Source: the human T2T-CHM13v2.0 reference genome, Homo sapiens | Assembly (NCBI RefSeq): GCF_009914755.1 | Contig: NC_060932.1 | Reading direction: 5' to 3' (one strand) | Length of the DNA stretch: 64,000 nucleotides | Shown here: positions 1-19,143 of the stretch, piece by piece | Layout: each line of letters starts with the position of its first letter | Numbering within the stretch: the stretch's first letter is position 1 | Translations under genes and position numbers: made by a program | Notes under the pieces: generated by a model | Database searches by the model: none | Seen by the model: the letters and a program-made list of their open reading frames with translations, nothing else | What the model was told of the DNA's origin: nothing

Positions 1-810
1 CAGGTCTCCTGAAACCAAAACTAAGCATTTGTTGTCCTTTCTCTACACATTCCACAAACTCCATCAGGAAACTTAGCCACGGCCTAGAGAAAGGAGTGAA
101 CGCAAATGTTAAAACCAACGCCTGCAAACCTGGGGCAACTTCATTTCAGAGCCAAGATGCACGAGGCGATGAAAGCGAATGTGTTAGTCACAAAGGCTGT
201 GTAAGCACAGCCATCTGATTTCAATTCTAGACTGTTTTCATTTTGTATTATTTACCCTGTCATTGTTTCTCATTAAGTCAGAAAATAATAGAGCTCATCA
301 TGAAATAATTAAGCACTGTAATAAAAGAGGTTTTTGCTGTATTAATTACAGAAGATATTACAAGGGGAAGAAAAACCTGCCTTTGTAAAAACTACGAGAT
401 TTCTTTCCCTGTTAAGAACACACAGACGAAATGCAGTAGAGAATTAACTCACGTGGAAGGGAGCACAAGCCACAAATCAGAGCAAAGTCGTGATTACAAA
501 TGAATTCAAAATTAACAGGACAAACATGCTCAATGCATTCAAAGAATTAAAGGCACAATTCTCAAATCATTCACTTAGCCATGCTAGAGGAAGAAGCCTC
601 CTCTTCAACAGACAACATAAAGCAACGGGGTGCCCATCAAGCAAGGACCCACCAATCAATCATCAAGCTTTTAACAGTTCTGATTTAAAGTTACTTAAAT
701 CAGAATGTTCCAAAGATCATCATCCAGAAATTTTAACCATTCATTCACATCACCATGAAACAAGCACTTAAAAAAATAACCAAAAGAAACTAAACACATA
801 GATCATGTAC

Positions 811-837
811 CTGGATCAATGAGAACTTCCTGTGCCC
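811..837 (-). CDS. TRAPPC9: TRAPPC9 27-nt coding microexon (G)AQEVLIDP(G)
   Basis: Minus strand ttctttcttccag|GGGCACAGGAAGTTCTCATTGATCCAG|gtacat. Phase 1-1, continues RHRPG from the 9305-9433 exon in frame; matches the TRAPPC9 peptide as I recall it. Confidence 0.9.
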
Positions 838-927
838 CTGGAAGAAAGAACAGATTATGGTATTTTATTTGGAAAACAAAACTACTTTTAAAAATAACTA
901 CTAAAACACATTTCATAATTCACATAG

Positions 928-1488
<561 letters not shown>

Positions 1489-1549
1489 TAGAATGGGGGA
1501 GAAAAGGTGCCAGTGGCTCTGTGGAACTTTTCACAACCCCCCTAAAATA

Positions 1550-1567
1550 CATCTCTCTCTATATATA

Positions 1568-1598
<31 letters not shown>

Positions 1599-1609
1599 TA
1601 CACACACAG
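1550..1609. repeat. Compound microsatellite (TC)n(TA)n(TC)n(CA)n
   Basis: Directly visible. Confidence 0.95.
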
Positions 1610-3202
1610 AATAATTGGACACTTCATCAAGTTAAAGATTTCCAGCTTTTAGAAGGTAGCTTTGTAGTTAGCTTAAAATACAAAACTATTAACTTCACTA
1701 TTATGAAGAAACTTTTGAAAGCCTTGGTGGTCTGCTAAACTACCCAAACATCTGTGTGATCCAATTCAACTTCTCTATAGAATGCAATTTCCCATCATGG
1801 CAAAACACACCTCAAGGGGTACTGGTTCCAAGAGTCATGTTTATCATTAGCTATTTTCATTTTTAAACATGTTAAGAAGATTCAAAAAGGTATGTCCCAA
1901 TAATCTTATGGAAATAGCACATGTATTCAATTGTCTACACAGAGAAGAGGCCCCATGATTATGGTGCTATTTAAGAGCTATTTTGTGTACAGCCATCTGT
2001 TTGTAAACGCAGACTAAAAATCACTGCAATCTTGACGCCACCATTAAAATAAAAAACAGGTGTTTTCCATTGAATAACACCTTTCTGCCAAGCATGATGC
2101 TTAACAAATATCATGTATGACCTTCAGAGCAACCCTACAAAATAAACAGATATTAACCCTCCCTGCCTATGGGGAGACTGAAGCCCAGAGGAGCCAAGGG
2201 AAGCCCCACCGCCACACACGCCACAACACCAGGTCCAAGGTCTGCACTGAGCAGACGTTCAGCTGCACAGACCTTGAGGAAGTCTGGATTTCCAGATAAC
2301 CTAGAAACGTTTTGTTCTGTGAAGAACCTGGCCAAATATATTATACTATGCCATGTCCTTTAGGTAGGGGATATGAGTTAAACTTTTGATGCCCCAGAGT
2401 TATTATCACAATCATCAATCATTTGACTATTAGTATCATCAGCCTCTAGTGGACTGATTTCACATTAACCAAACTTGTAAGAGACCAGTGTAGGAAAACT
2501 GGAGGTTTAACTATTAATGTAACGGGAGACACAAAATTATCAATCAGACCAAAATATCAGGGTTCAACGATCAGCACATTTTCTCTTCAAAGGCCAAATC
2601 ACAGGCAGGAGATAAGTAGAAATCAGGTCCATACGTCTCATTTGGGACCATTACAGAGGATGCCCTCACACACCAAATGCTGGTTTCTAGGCCCTTTCCT
2701 AGTGGTTGTCACCTCTACAGCAGGATCCTGACACCTGAATAACAAAGCCTCACACCATCACCCCTGCCTGTAAAATGAAGAGAGTGGGCCGATGCTTCAG
2801 TTTGTTCCTGTTCTAAGGTAAGCCTCTGTGAGCCTCATCTTTTGTTTATATTTAGGGGCATTAAAGTGTTCAGATGGGGAACTGAATACCACTCCCTTCC
2901 CTGAAACAGAATTCAGTAGTTGTATTTTGTTGAAATACAAATCAAGTTCATCTAGAAAACTCCACTTTCTCTGAACAGGAGTTTTCTAGATGAATTTGAT
3001 GGACTAAAGTTCTGTTACAGGGAGAAACCTGCTGCCTACACAAATGATTAATGCAAACCGCAGTGCACTCTCTGTGGACAGTGGCCAAGACACAAATGCC
3101 AGCGCTGCATAACTCTCTCTGTCCCACCCTTTCCACACTGGCCAACCCCCTGACTGATGTATAGATGTATACATGGAACTGTAGATATGCTGATACCTCT
3201 AA

Positions 3203-3503
<301 letters not shown>

Positions 3504-3584
3504 TGAACTCCTGACCTCGTGATCTGCCCACCTTGGCCTCCCAGTGCTGGGATTACAGGTGTGAGCCACTGCACCTGGCCAACT

Positions 3585-4419
<835 letters not shown>

Positions 4420-4642
4420 CTAAATAGCAAAGGATATCCTTATTTCTGTGTTACAAAGAAAGAACTGTCACCCCATGACCTATTTAAACTGAGGGGGAAG
4501 ATGGCACTTGCTCTTCACTCCTCTGGTTTCCATAATAAAGGCTTTGTCCTAAGCACCACTGACCTCTTGCCCACCCCCATTCCTCCCCCACCCAAGTGGA
4601 GTGAGGTGTAAGATGAGTTTGGGAGACAAGCTGGGCATGTGA

Positions 4643-5014
<372 letters not shown>

Positions 5015-6350
5015 TAGAGATAGGATTTCACCATGTTGCCCAGGCTGGTCTCAAATTCCTGGGCTCAAGCGATCCATGCACTGTGGCCTCCCAAAGTGCT
5101 AGGATTACAGGTGTGAGCCACCATGCCCGGCAGAGAATGTGGTTTCATCACTAATAAGGGCGGAATTTTTATTCTCTACCTTACTCTTGTCTCGTCTCTC
5201 AATTGGTTGTTGAAGAAAACAGGGGTGTTTTTATTGGGCCCCTTTAAGCCCCAACATATACTAATCCACAAATAATTCTGTGGCTTGGGTAGGTCAAGAT
5301 GGCTACATAACGGCCATGTCTCTAAACCTGCAGCTAAATTATGGGTATAAGAACTACTGACCCTCCTCGCCGGGCGCGGTGGCTCACGCCTGTAATCCCA
5401 GCACTTTGGGAGGCCAAGGCAGGCGGATCACCTGAGGTCAGGAGTTCAAGACCAGCCTGGCCAACATGGTGAAACCCCGTCTCTACTAAAAATATAAAAA
5501 CTAGCCGGGCGTAGTGGTGGGTGCCTGTAATCCCAGCTACTCGGGAGGCTGAGGCAGGAGAATTGCTTGAACCCAGGAGACAGAGGTTGCAGTGAGCTAC
5601 TGCACTCCGGCCTCGGCGACAGAGTGAGACTCTGTCTCAAAAAAAAAAATAAAAATAAAAACTACTGACCCACCTCAAATATTTCCTTCATTTCCTGAGT
5701 CTCTCTTCACGAAAACATTTTTCCTATTTCAATGCCTTAGTAATTTCCAAACACTATAAAATGATGACTTCATATAAAATAATAGCTAATGGTCGTGAGA
5801 TATTTTATGAGATGACTGCCACGCTAAACATTTTGCACACATTCTCTCTAATTCTCACAATTCTACAAAGCAGAAATTAGGAGCCCCTGCTCATAGATGC
5901 AGAGCGAGGAGGTGGGGGGCACCTGAGAAAGAACTGTAGGACTTGCATTCAGACACAAGCCAGCTGAACGAGGCTTTTCCATGACACCACAACACCACCC
6001 ACTAGCAAACATGCAAAACTGGGTGCAATACTCAGGGAGTTCCAGATTCTTTTCAGCTTTAAGGTGCTCCAGACGGTTTCTATCTCTTTTATAAATCATG
6101 GCTGACTGCCTTCTGACATTGGAAGAAAAGTCCAATTTCACCACTGTCCACATTGCACATCTGAAATTTTCATGCTGAAATGACATAATAAAAATAACTA
6201 GAATACTTTTCCAGGTATCCAAATATAATGGGCATAGTGCTATTCTAAAGCATTAAACAACAACAACAGCAAAATTCAAATGAAGGAAGCCTTGTCTAAG
6301 TCTTCTTTCACCAACAGGGAAATTAGGACATTAAAAATATATGTGTACAA

Positions 6351-6368
6351 CAGCGCCACCTATGGCCA
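6351..6368 (-). promoter_or_regulatory. Candidate CTCF core motif
   Basis: Minus strand TGGCCATAGGTGGCGCTG; the AGGTGGCGC half matches consensus, the 5' half is imperfect; CpG retained in AT-rich intron. Confidence 0.45.
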
Positions 6369-6877
6369 GAAAGGTCTTTCCAGGTTGCTGAAAAAAAAAG
6401 GTAACAAATTTAATTGTTGGCATAATAAGAAATGATCAACAGGGCTTTTTAAAATACGATGCTCAGAGACCATAACTAAAAGTGTAACTAGCACATACTG
6501 AAATCTGCTTCAAGGAAGGGAACAGTATTCAGTATTTAATCCAAAAACTTTAACACCCCTAAATATAAACAGAAGACACAGGCTCATAGAAACTAATCTT
6601 AGAACAGGAAGAAAACTCGAGCATCTGGCCCACTCTCTTCATTCTACAGGTAGTGAGGTTGAGACCCAGAGAATTTGTTCTTCTAGCAATCAGTGGCAAA
6701 GCTTTCTCCTAGTCCTTGGATTTTGCACTATACCAAAAGCCACCTTAATCTATACCAACCCTATAATCATAAAAGTCACGTCTGGCCGGGCACAGTGGCT
6801 CACGCCTGTAATCCCAGCACTTTGGGAGGCCGAGGCGGGCAGATCATGAAGTCAGGAGATCGATACCATCCTGGCTA

Positions 6878-7097
<220 letters not shown>

Positions 7098-7580
7098 TCA
7101 GTAAATAGCCTAAGTGTCTTACAAAAAAATACTTCCCAAAGGACTGCCAACTATTAATCATACAATTTTGTTGAAATACAAACACATTTATTTATATATT
7201 AAAACAGCATAATCGGCCAAGCACAGTGCTCACACCTGTAATCCCAGCACTTTGGGAGGCCGAAGCGGGTGGATCACTTGAGTCAGGAGTTGGAGACTAG
7301 CCTGGCCAACATGGCGAAACCTCGTCTCTACAAAAATTAGCTGGGCATGGTAGCACACACTTGTAATCCTGTTACTCAGGAGGCTGAGACACAAGAATCA
7401 CTTGAGCCCGGGAGGCAGAGGTTATAGTGAGCCGAGATCATGCTGCTGCACTTCAGCCTGGGCAACAGAGCAAGACTCTGTCTCAAAAAACAACACACAG
7501 GCCAGGAGCGGTGGCTCACACCTGTAATCCCAACACTTTGGGAGGCCGAGGCAGGCAGATCACTTATGGTCTGGAGTTCA

Positions 7581-7823
<243 letters not shown>

Positions 7824-7954
7824 TCAACAATGTCCCCTTGTAGTCAATCTATAAAGGAAAAGTAACTGATGTCAAATCAACGTTTTTACTTTTCTCATCT
7901 ATTACAGATACAGGAAAAAAATCAAAATTTTCTCAATCACAAAAAAGATAAGCC

Positions 7955-8458
7955 TGAGGCAGAAGAATAGGATCTAGAGGCAAAGAACTTAAGGTTGTTT
8001 CACACAGACTTCCTACAACTACATTGAAAGGAAAACCCTAACTTTCCATGACTAAGTAACAAAAGGACCAGAGGCTGCTCCCTTTGACCTTTTCTGCATG
8101 GCAGGTGGGAAACTGGCTGTCCGGAACCACTCAGACTGATTGCTGGTGGAGTCTTAGTTTGCAGAGAAGTATAACTTTGTCTACTTTTCATTTGCATAGA
8201 AGCATAACTTTGTAACTTCACCTTAGCCTCTGAGTGGCTGCTTTCCGCAACCAATCAGACTAACTGCAGGCTACCACTTCATTTACAAGAGGTGAGCATG
8301 AAGTGGCCAATGGGAAACTTCTAGTGGGTATTTAGACCCAAGAAGATTCTGTATCCGTGCCCTTGAGCCCGCTGCTCGGCCCACTCCCACACTGTGGAGT
8401 GTACTTTCGTTTTCAATAAATCCCTGCTTTCATTATTTTGTTGCTTCCTTCTTTGTGA
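7955..8458 (+). mobile_element. ERV1 solo LTR, MER51-like, 3' truncated, antisense to TRAPPC9
   Basis: Begins TGAGGCAGAAGAATAGGATCTAGAGGCAAAGAACTTAAGG (MER51-type start); CCAAT boxes at ~8251 and ~8306; AATAAA at ~8416. Confidence 0.75.
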
Positions 8459-9056
8459 CCTATGCAACATGATGACTAAATCCTGAGCCATTAAAGGCAG
8501 GTTCATTCATCAAGGACCAAAACGTTCATGTTCATTCAGCATTCGTGGGTCTGCTCTACCCAAGAAGTTTTCTCACTCTTCATTGGTTCTACCAAGCATA
8601 AGCAAATCAAACAACTCATTGAGAGAATGTCATCAGCCAATAAAATAAGAAACTGCTCCCAGGCCCTGAATCAGCTTATTAAAATTGACCTCTGGGACTA
8701 GCTTCTCCTAATACATAAAATTATAAAAAAGACTTAGACACAGAACCTCAAGTCTGTTCTACCAGGAAATTTTACACAAGTATTCCAGAAATCAACCAAT
8801 CATTCTAACCCATTAGTGGTATTCAGTAAGATTGAAAGTATTCAATAAAATCAGAACAAAATGTCTCATACAAGATTTCTGGGCAGGGCATGGTGGCTCA
8901 CGCCTGTAATCCCAGCACTTTGGGAGGCCGAGGCGGGTGGATCACGAGGTCAAGCATTCGAGACCAGCCTGGCCAACATAGTGAAACCCCGCCTCTATTA
9001 AAAATACAAAAAATTAGCCATGTGTGGTGGCGGGCGCCTGTAATCCCAACTAGTCA

Positions 9057-9185
<129 letters not shown>

Positions 9186-9257
9186 TCAACAGATTTTACA
9201 GTTTATTTAAATATTAGTCCTAACTCAAAGGAAAAAGTAACAAATGAGTCTGCTTTA

Positions 9258-9440
<183 letters not shown>

Positions 9441-10065
9441 TTAAGAAAACAAAAAACAAAAACCAGCATCATTAGTCAAGTCAGTGACCCTTCATTAGCT
9501 CAAACTGCAGTAACTAACAATGATTTAAACAGGTGGATTATTTGGAAATGCCAATTTTTCTCCCAAAACAAAGATCAAACCTAAAGATCACTAGTTTTTT
9601 GCAAATGGGAACTTGCCACCTGTCTTTCCCATGCCCATGTCCAGGCAGGCAATGCAGAACACTCTCACCACACTCAAGGTTTCCCTGCAGGGCTGACTGC
9701 ACACGTAAAACAGGCCAGCCTCTGCGTTCATCCATTCACGTGGCCGGCATTCCTGCACAAACTGTGTGGCAGACTGCGCCAGGTTCTGGAGCTACAGAGA
9801 TGTATAACAGAAAGTGCCCTGGATTGAAAATATTTCACAGTAATAGCACCAAAGCAAGACCAGAATGCCTTTCCAGACCATGCACCCCATAGGCATCTGC
9901 TCCTTTTGAGGCTGTAGTCCTCCCTCTTCCTCAAAAACAGCCATATTAACTCGCTACACAGTCCGTTCTTCTCTCATGACGTAACAACCTAATAATCTCC
10001 AGCTATGCCACATGCCTTAGAAGGTGTGCCACAGTATTCATCTCTATCATCTTTATCCATTAACT

Positions 10066-10720
<655 letters not shown>

Positions 10721-11121
10721 AAGTAGCTTGTGGACAACTCCACTGTCCACTTCTGAGAGGCTGAGCATGGAAGAGGCCCACGGCACACAGCACCGTCCTT
10801 CTCTGTGTGCCCTTTAGGAGCCCTCCTCATCCAGTCCAGCGCCGCATGGGGAAGGCATATGGGCAGTACCAGTCTTTCTGGAGAAGCACCTGCTGCACAT
10901 GCCCTAGTCTCAGAGCCCACTGGGAGATGCACAGATTCTCTAATTGATACAATAAGGAGTACTTAGGGAGACAACGCTCTTTCAAGAAAACCAAGTAAAA
11001 CTATGTCTTTCTCAGCCTGCATAATCCTTTATCTGATTCTCTTTTCTTTTCCATCCCTAATTCTTACTCCCTTTCTTTCCCCACTTCTATTTCCCTAGCC
11101 TCTTTAAAAAACTAAATTTAA

Positions 11122-11394
<273 letters not shown>

Positions 11395-11593
11395 TAATTT
11401 TGTTTTGTAGAAGTGAGGTGAAGTAAGATTTTTTTATTTTTTATTTTTTGTAGAAGTGTTGGGATTACAGGCATGAGCCACCATGCCTGGCCGTTTGAAG
11501 TATTTCTTATATTTGGCTGGGCACAGTGGCTTATGCCTGTAATCCCAGCACTCTGGGAGGCCAAGGCAGGCATATCAGCTGAGGTCGAGTTCA

Positions 11594-11842
<249 letters not shown>

Positions 11843-12159
11843 TTAAACTTCTGTTACAGAACTCACCTCATTACTTCATTCCGACTTGTATTATCATAAG
11901 TGGCTGACAGGTGTCCTTGCTAAACTGTCAACCTCAACGAAAGAACCCTGTTTTAGTCCTTACCCACACAATGGACTCAGCCAGTCCATCCTCCCAGGAC
12001 CACCTCCAGGAGGCGCAGTCCCCAAAGGGAAGACCACACACAGACATCCGATTCCACCACGAAGTGTCAGCAACATCTCAGGCAGGGCACCCGCTCTGCC
12101 GACTGCTGCGGGGGATCAGAGATGGCTGTGCTTTGAAGTAGGATTTCTTCTTCCCTTTC

Positions 12160-12590
12160 TTTTAATTTTTAAGATTGACATAGAGTTCACATACCATATA
12201 ATTCACCCACTTAAAGTGTGCAAGTCAGCAGTTTTTAGTATATTCACAACTGTGCAACCATCACCACTAACTGACTCTGGAACATTTTCATCACCCCAGA
12301 AAGAAACCTTATGCCCGTTAACTGTCACTTCCCATTCCCCCTCCTCCCAGCCCCTAGAACCAGTTGTCTACTTTCTGCTTCTATAGATTTGCCTATTCTA
12401 GCCACTTCATATATATAGAATCATACAATCTGCGGCCTTTTTCATGCCTGCCTTCTCTCACTTAGCACAAAGTTGTCAAGGTTCATCCGTGCTGCAGTGG
12501 TATCACAATTTCACTCCTTTTCATGGCTGAATAATATTCCGCTGTATGCCCATACCACATTTCGTTTATCCATTCATCATGTGACACATG
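12160..12590 (-). mobile_element. Old L1 (L1M-type) 3' fragment
   Basis: ttcacataccatataattcacccacttaaagtgt...tttcatggctgaataatattcc...ttatccattcatc is typical antisense L1MB 3' UTR. Confidence 0.8.
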
Positions 12591-13212
12591 GAGGAGGTTT
12601 TGAGGGAGGAGTCTAAGAGGTGAAGATCATGGGGAACGGCATCCAAAGCAGAGGGCAAGGTATACTAAGAACAGAGGAAAAGGGAAAGTGTGGGCAGGGC
12701 CTCCTTCAGAGGACGCATGGCAGGGTGGGAGGAGGGCAGCAGATACAGCAGGGAAGCATCCCAGGCCACTGCTCGTGGCAACCAGCACAGGCTGGCTGCT
12801 TTTCCTCCCTCATCCCTTCTTTTTGGGGAATTTCTTCTGCCGTTTCCTCTCATTTCTTTTTTTATTTTATTTTATTTTTTTTTGAGATGGAGTCTCGCTC
12901 TGTTGCCAGGCTGGAGTGCAGTTGCGCAACCTCTGCTCACTGCAACTTCTGCCTCCTGGTTCAAGAAATTCTGCTGCCTCCGCCTCCCGAGTAGCTGGGA
13001 CTATAGGCGCGTGCCACCACGCCCAGCTAATTTTTGTATTTTTAGTAGAGACGTGGTTTCACCATGTTGGCCAGGATGGTCTCAATCTCTTGACCTCATA
13101 TTTGGCCTGCCGTAGCCTCCCAAAGTGCTGGGATTACAGGCGTGAGCCACCGCACCCAGCCTCTCATTTTAATTAACAGTTGAAACAATTACATATCAGA
13201 TCATCTTCATCA

Positions 13213-13431
<219 letters not shown>

Positions 13432-14572
13432 CTAAGCACTATTCAATTCTCTCACTACTAAAAATGCTAAGAAGGCAACTGTAGGCTCTATAATTTTAAG
13501 TCAGCAATAATCATTGCCAGTTATGTGAGCTGGAGTGGTCTTAATTTCAAAAATGTACTGCCAAGCAATTTGTTTAAAGGTGATCGGTACGTAAGGACTT
13601 CTACCATGTCTTTCACGTAGGCAATGTTACAGTTGGATTTTTCTTTTTAGATTTTCCAGTTGTAACATTAGCATAAGGAAGTTTATGTTTCAGCTTTTTA
13701 AAAAAATCAATTATCTTCCACTTCTTAACATCAAACCTCTTATTATTTTATAAAGACAGCTATGCTGAGTCTTATTAGCCAACCATTTGGCTTTAGCAAA
13801 CAAGACGTTCATCCTCGCTATTTCAGGGCAAGCTTTAGGAAAGCTTCCAGAGAGCAGGGCCTGGGGTGCTCACTAACAGCTCTTTAAATATTGGCAAGGA
13901 TATACCACTAAATAATGCAAAGGCTTCTGAGTCCCTAATCAACTCAGAAACCAAAGAAACTGTACCAAAGTATTCCTTTTATCATTTTTAAATACATCTA
14001 ACCTTTAAATGTTATATTTCTTAAGATAGATGATTTTTTTTTTAAAGAAAAACTGCAGCTGGATTAAACTTTCCCTCATCAAGAAAGCAAACTTATCAAG
14101 AATAAAACTCCTCTGGAAATCCAGAAGATGTGACGTTTCTAAGTAAATGAATGTTATTGACACATCTCAATACAATGTTAAATCCTATCATGTGTAACTC
14201 TAACGAGTTCAACAAACTCTTTGTTACTCTGGAATTTAGCATTTCCATTCTGAATAAGTTTTAAACAAAGATCACAACGTAAGGCAGACGCAGAAAGAAA
14301 AAGAAACGCCAGCCTTCGTTTGTCTCCTTCCTGGCCACAAGGCAGTGTCAGGATGGCCCCTGCTAACAGACCCTCCCCATAAGAAAATACAGCATCTAGC
14401 AGGGTGCAGTGGCTCACGCCTGTAATCCCAGCACTTTGGGAGACCGAGGCGGGCGGATCACAAGGTCAGGAGATCGAGACCATCCTGGCTAACACGATGA
14501 AACCCCATCTCTACTAAAAATACAAAAAATTAGCCGGGCGTGGTGGCACGCGCCTGTAGTCCCAGCTACTCA

Positions 14573-14737
<165 letters not shown>

Positions 14738-15122
14738 TCAGCAGCCTCCGCCTAGTCTCTGACTCCTCACCCTGCACCCCCTTCCCCTTCATTGCTTCTA
14801 TACACACACAGCCAGAGTGTCCTTCCCAAAGCACAAATCAGTCTGTGTCCCTCCCCCACTGCAAACCTTTCACAGGATGCTCAATTCAGTCGTAGGGAGA
14901 GGCATGCAGTCCATAGCTAGCCCCTCCCACGGCTCTGGCTTCCCCTCCTACCACTGTGGCTTTGCACTCCACAGGCAACCTTGCTGCAACGCTGAAGTCC
15001 CCCAACCTCAGGCTCTATCCGCCTCACAACTTCCACTCTCTTTTAGGCTCATCTCAATGACCAGGTTCTCAAGGAAGCCTTCCCTGACTCCAACCTCTGC
15101 ACTTTGGGTTAAGTGTCCTTGA

Positions 15123-15461
<339 letters not shown>

Positions 15462-16623
15462 TAGACAGTGTTTTGCTCACTTCCTTGGTATGTTATCCTG
15501 TTCCAAATGGGAAAAAAAAACTCAGTATCCAAATGGACATTTTCCTCCACCAGTAACATAACTGTCAACTCTTAATACATGAATAAGTTTACAAATACTA
15601 CTGTATATTAGTTTAATATATTTTAAATTAGACTTTAAAGCAACAACAAAACTTTACTCCTAACCAATTAGAAAAGATTTGCTTTAAAGCATCCTAAAGA
15701 AGTAAATTAGGTCAGGCATGGTGGCTCATACCTGTAATACCACCACTTTGGGAGGCCAAGGCAGGAGGATCACTTAAGGCTAGGACTTCGAGACGGCTGG
15801 GCAACAGAGCAAGACCATGTCTCTACAAAGGCTCAGGTGATCCTCCCACCTCAGCCTCCCAAGTAACTGGGACTACAGGCACACAACCCCTTGCTCAGCT
15901 AATATTTATATTTTTTGTAGAGACAAGGTCTCACCATGTTGCCCAGGCTGGTCTGGAACTCCTGGGCCCAAGCAATCCACCTGCCTTGGCCTCCCACAGT
16001 GCTAGATTTATAGGAGTCAGCCACTGTGCCCAGCCTACAAAAAAAATTGTTTTAAGTAGCTTGGCATGGTGGCTCCCACCTGTAGTCCCAGCTACTCAGG
16101 AGGCAGAGGCAGGAGGATCACTTGAGCCCTGGAATTCGAGACTGCAGTGAGCCATGATTTTGCCACTGCTCTCTAATCTGGGCAACAGACCAAGATCCTG
16201 TCCCTTAAAAAAAGAAAGGAGTAAATTATTACATCTTCACATGAACTTCACAAAAGTGTACACCTGCTGTAGCAAAATATAACCCACAAAATTTCAAAAA
16301 TATTTTTCTAGTAGCATCTTCTAAATACATAACTTGTTTTTAAAAGTGCAAACATTATGATAAACAATTTGTTTTGAAAACATAGGACTTTTACAAAAAG
16401 TCATATAAATACTCTTATAGTTTTTCATATGAAAGTCATAATACAATAAAACCATACAAATATTTTAAATTGTATAAAAACAAAATGAGGCCAGGCACAG
16501 TGGCTTACACCTGTAATCCCAGCACTTTGGGAGGCCGAGGCGGGTGGATCACAAGGTCAGGAGATTGAGACCATCCTGGCTAACACGGCAAAACCCCGTG
16601 TCTACTGAAAATACAAAAAATTA

Positions 16624-16764
<141 letters not shown>

Positions 16765-17042
16765 TCAAAAAAAAAAAAAAAAGAAGAAAATGCTTAATAT
16801 TTTTCTGATTTTGGTACTATTTATATGGCTTATGGAAAACAAGAGCTTGGTATTCTAGTCCAAAAAACAATTTATCTGGCAAATAAATTTCTACATTCAA
16901 ATCCAAAGAAAAGCTAAAGCTGCTCAACAACAACAGTTTGCAATTAAAATCCAAGGGAACCTGGATAGAGAGAATCTCTTTTGCAGGGTCGGGGATGGTA
17001 TTACACAGTTTAAGAAGTCTTTGGGCCTGGCGAGGTGGCTCA

Positions 17043-17383
<341 letters not shown>

Positions 17384-17843
17384 TCAGGAGATCGAGACCA
17401 TCCTGGCTAACATGATGAAACCCCGTCTCTACTAAAAAATACAAAAAATTAGCCAGGCGTGGTGGTGGGCGCCTGTAGTCCCAGCTAATCAGGAGGCTGA
17501 GGCAGGAGAATGGTGTGAACCCGGGAGGCGGAGCTTGCAGTGAGCCAAGATCGCGCCACTGCACTCCAGCGTGGGCGACAGAGCAAGACTCCATCTCAAA
17601 AAAAAAAAAAGAAGTCTTTGTATACTTAAATAATGGCTACAGCCCATAATTTTGCACTACAATGTTTTGGGGTGGGGAGCCTTTTGACTACGTGCCTGAT
17701 GTAAATACAGTAAGTATACTAAAAGGTGCCCACATGGTAGAGCTAAAGCACCAAAGCAGACAAACTTAAGATGCCAGAGCAGCTGGGCGCAGTGGCTCAC
17801 ACCTGAAATCTCAGCACTTTGGGAAGCCGAGGCAGGCAGATCA

Positions 17844-18412
<569 letters not shown>

Positions 18413-18915
18413 CTACAATGTTCATAAGAGGGTTTTGTTTTGTGTTTTTTATCTTTTGTTAAAAAGAGCTATTCCAGAACTATCCAACAGTCCCTCCCCC
18501 AATTCCCCAGCACCTCTCTCCTCAAGATGCCCTTCCTGATCTGCCCTTCTGGGTCCATGGGAAAGACAGTCTGTTCAGCTGGGACTCCATCCTGCTGCCA
18601 GGACGGAGGCGGTGAAGGGCAAATCTGGCCACATCATTCCCTTCGGATTTCTTTAGTAGCAGCCCCACCCCCAGTACCTTTAGAAGAAGTGGCAGCTGCA
18701 CCTAAAACCCCTAACTCCGTGGAATAATATAGAAAACCCCAGTCAGGAGCAGTGGCTCACGCCTGTAACCTCAACACTTTGGGAGACTGAAGCAGGAGGA
18801 TCACCTGAGGTCAGGCGTTCAAGACCAGCCTAGCCAACATGGTGAGACCCCCCCCATCTCTACTAAAAATACAAAATTAGTGGGGCATGGTTGCAGATGC
18901 TTGTAATCCTAGCTA

Positions 18916-19143
<228 letters not shown>

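Noticed and set aside
640-725. Possible C/D-box snoRNA on the minus strand (ATGATGA at ~717-723, CTGA nearby)
   Set aside because: CTGA is only ~15 nt from the C box, and I see no properly spaced D box or terminal stem.
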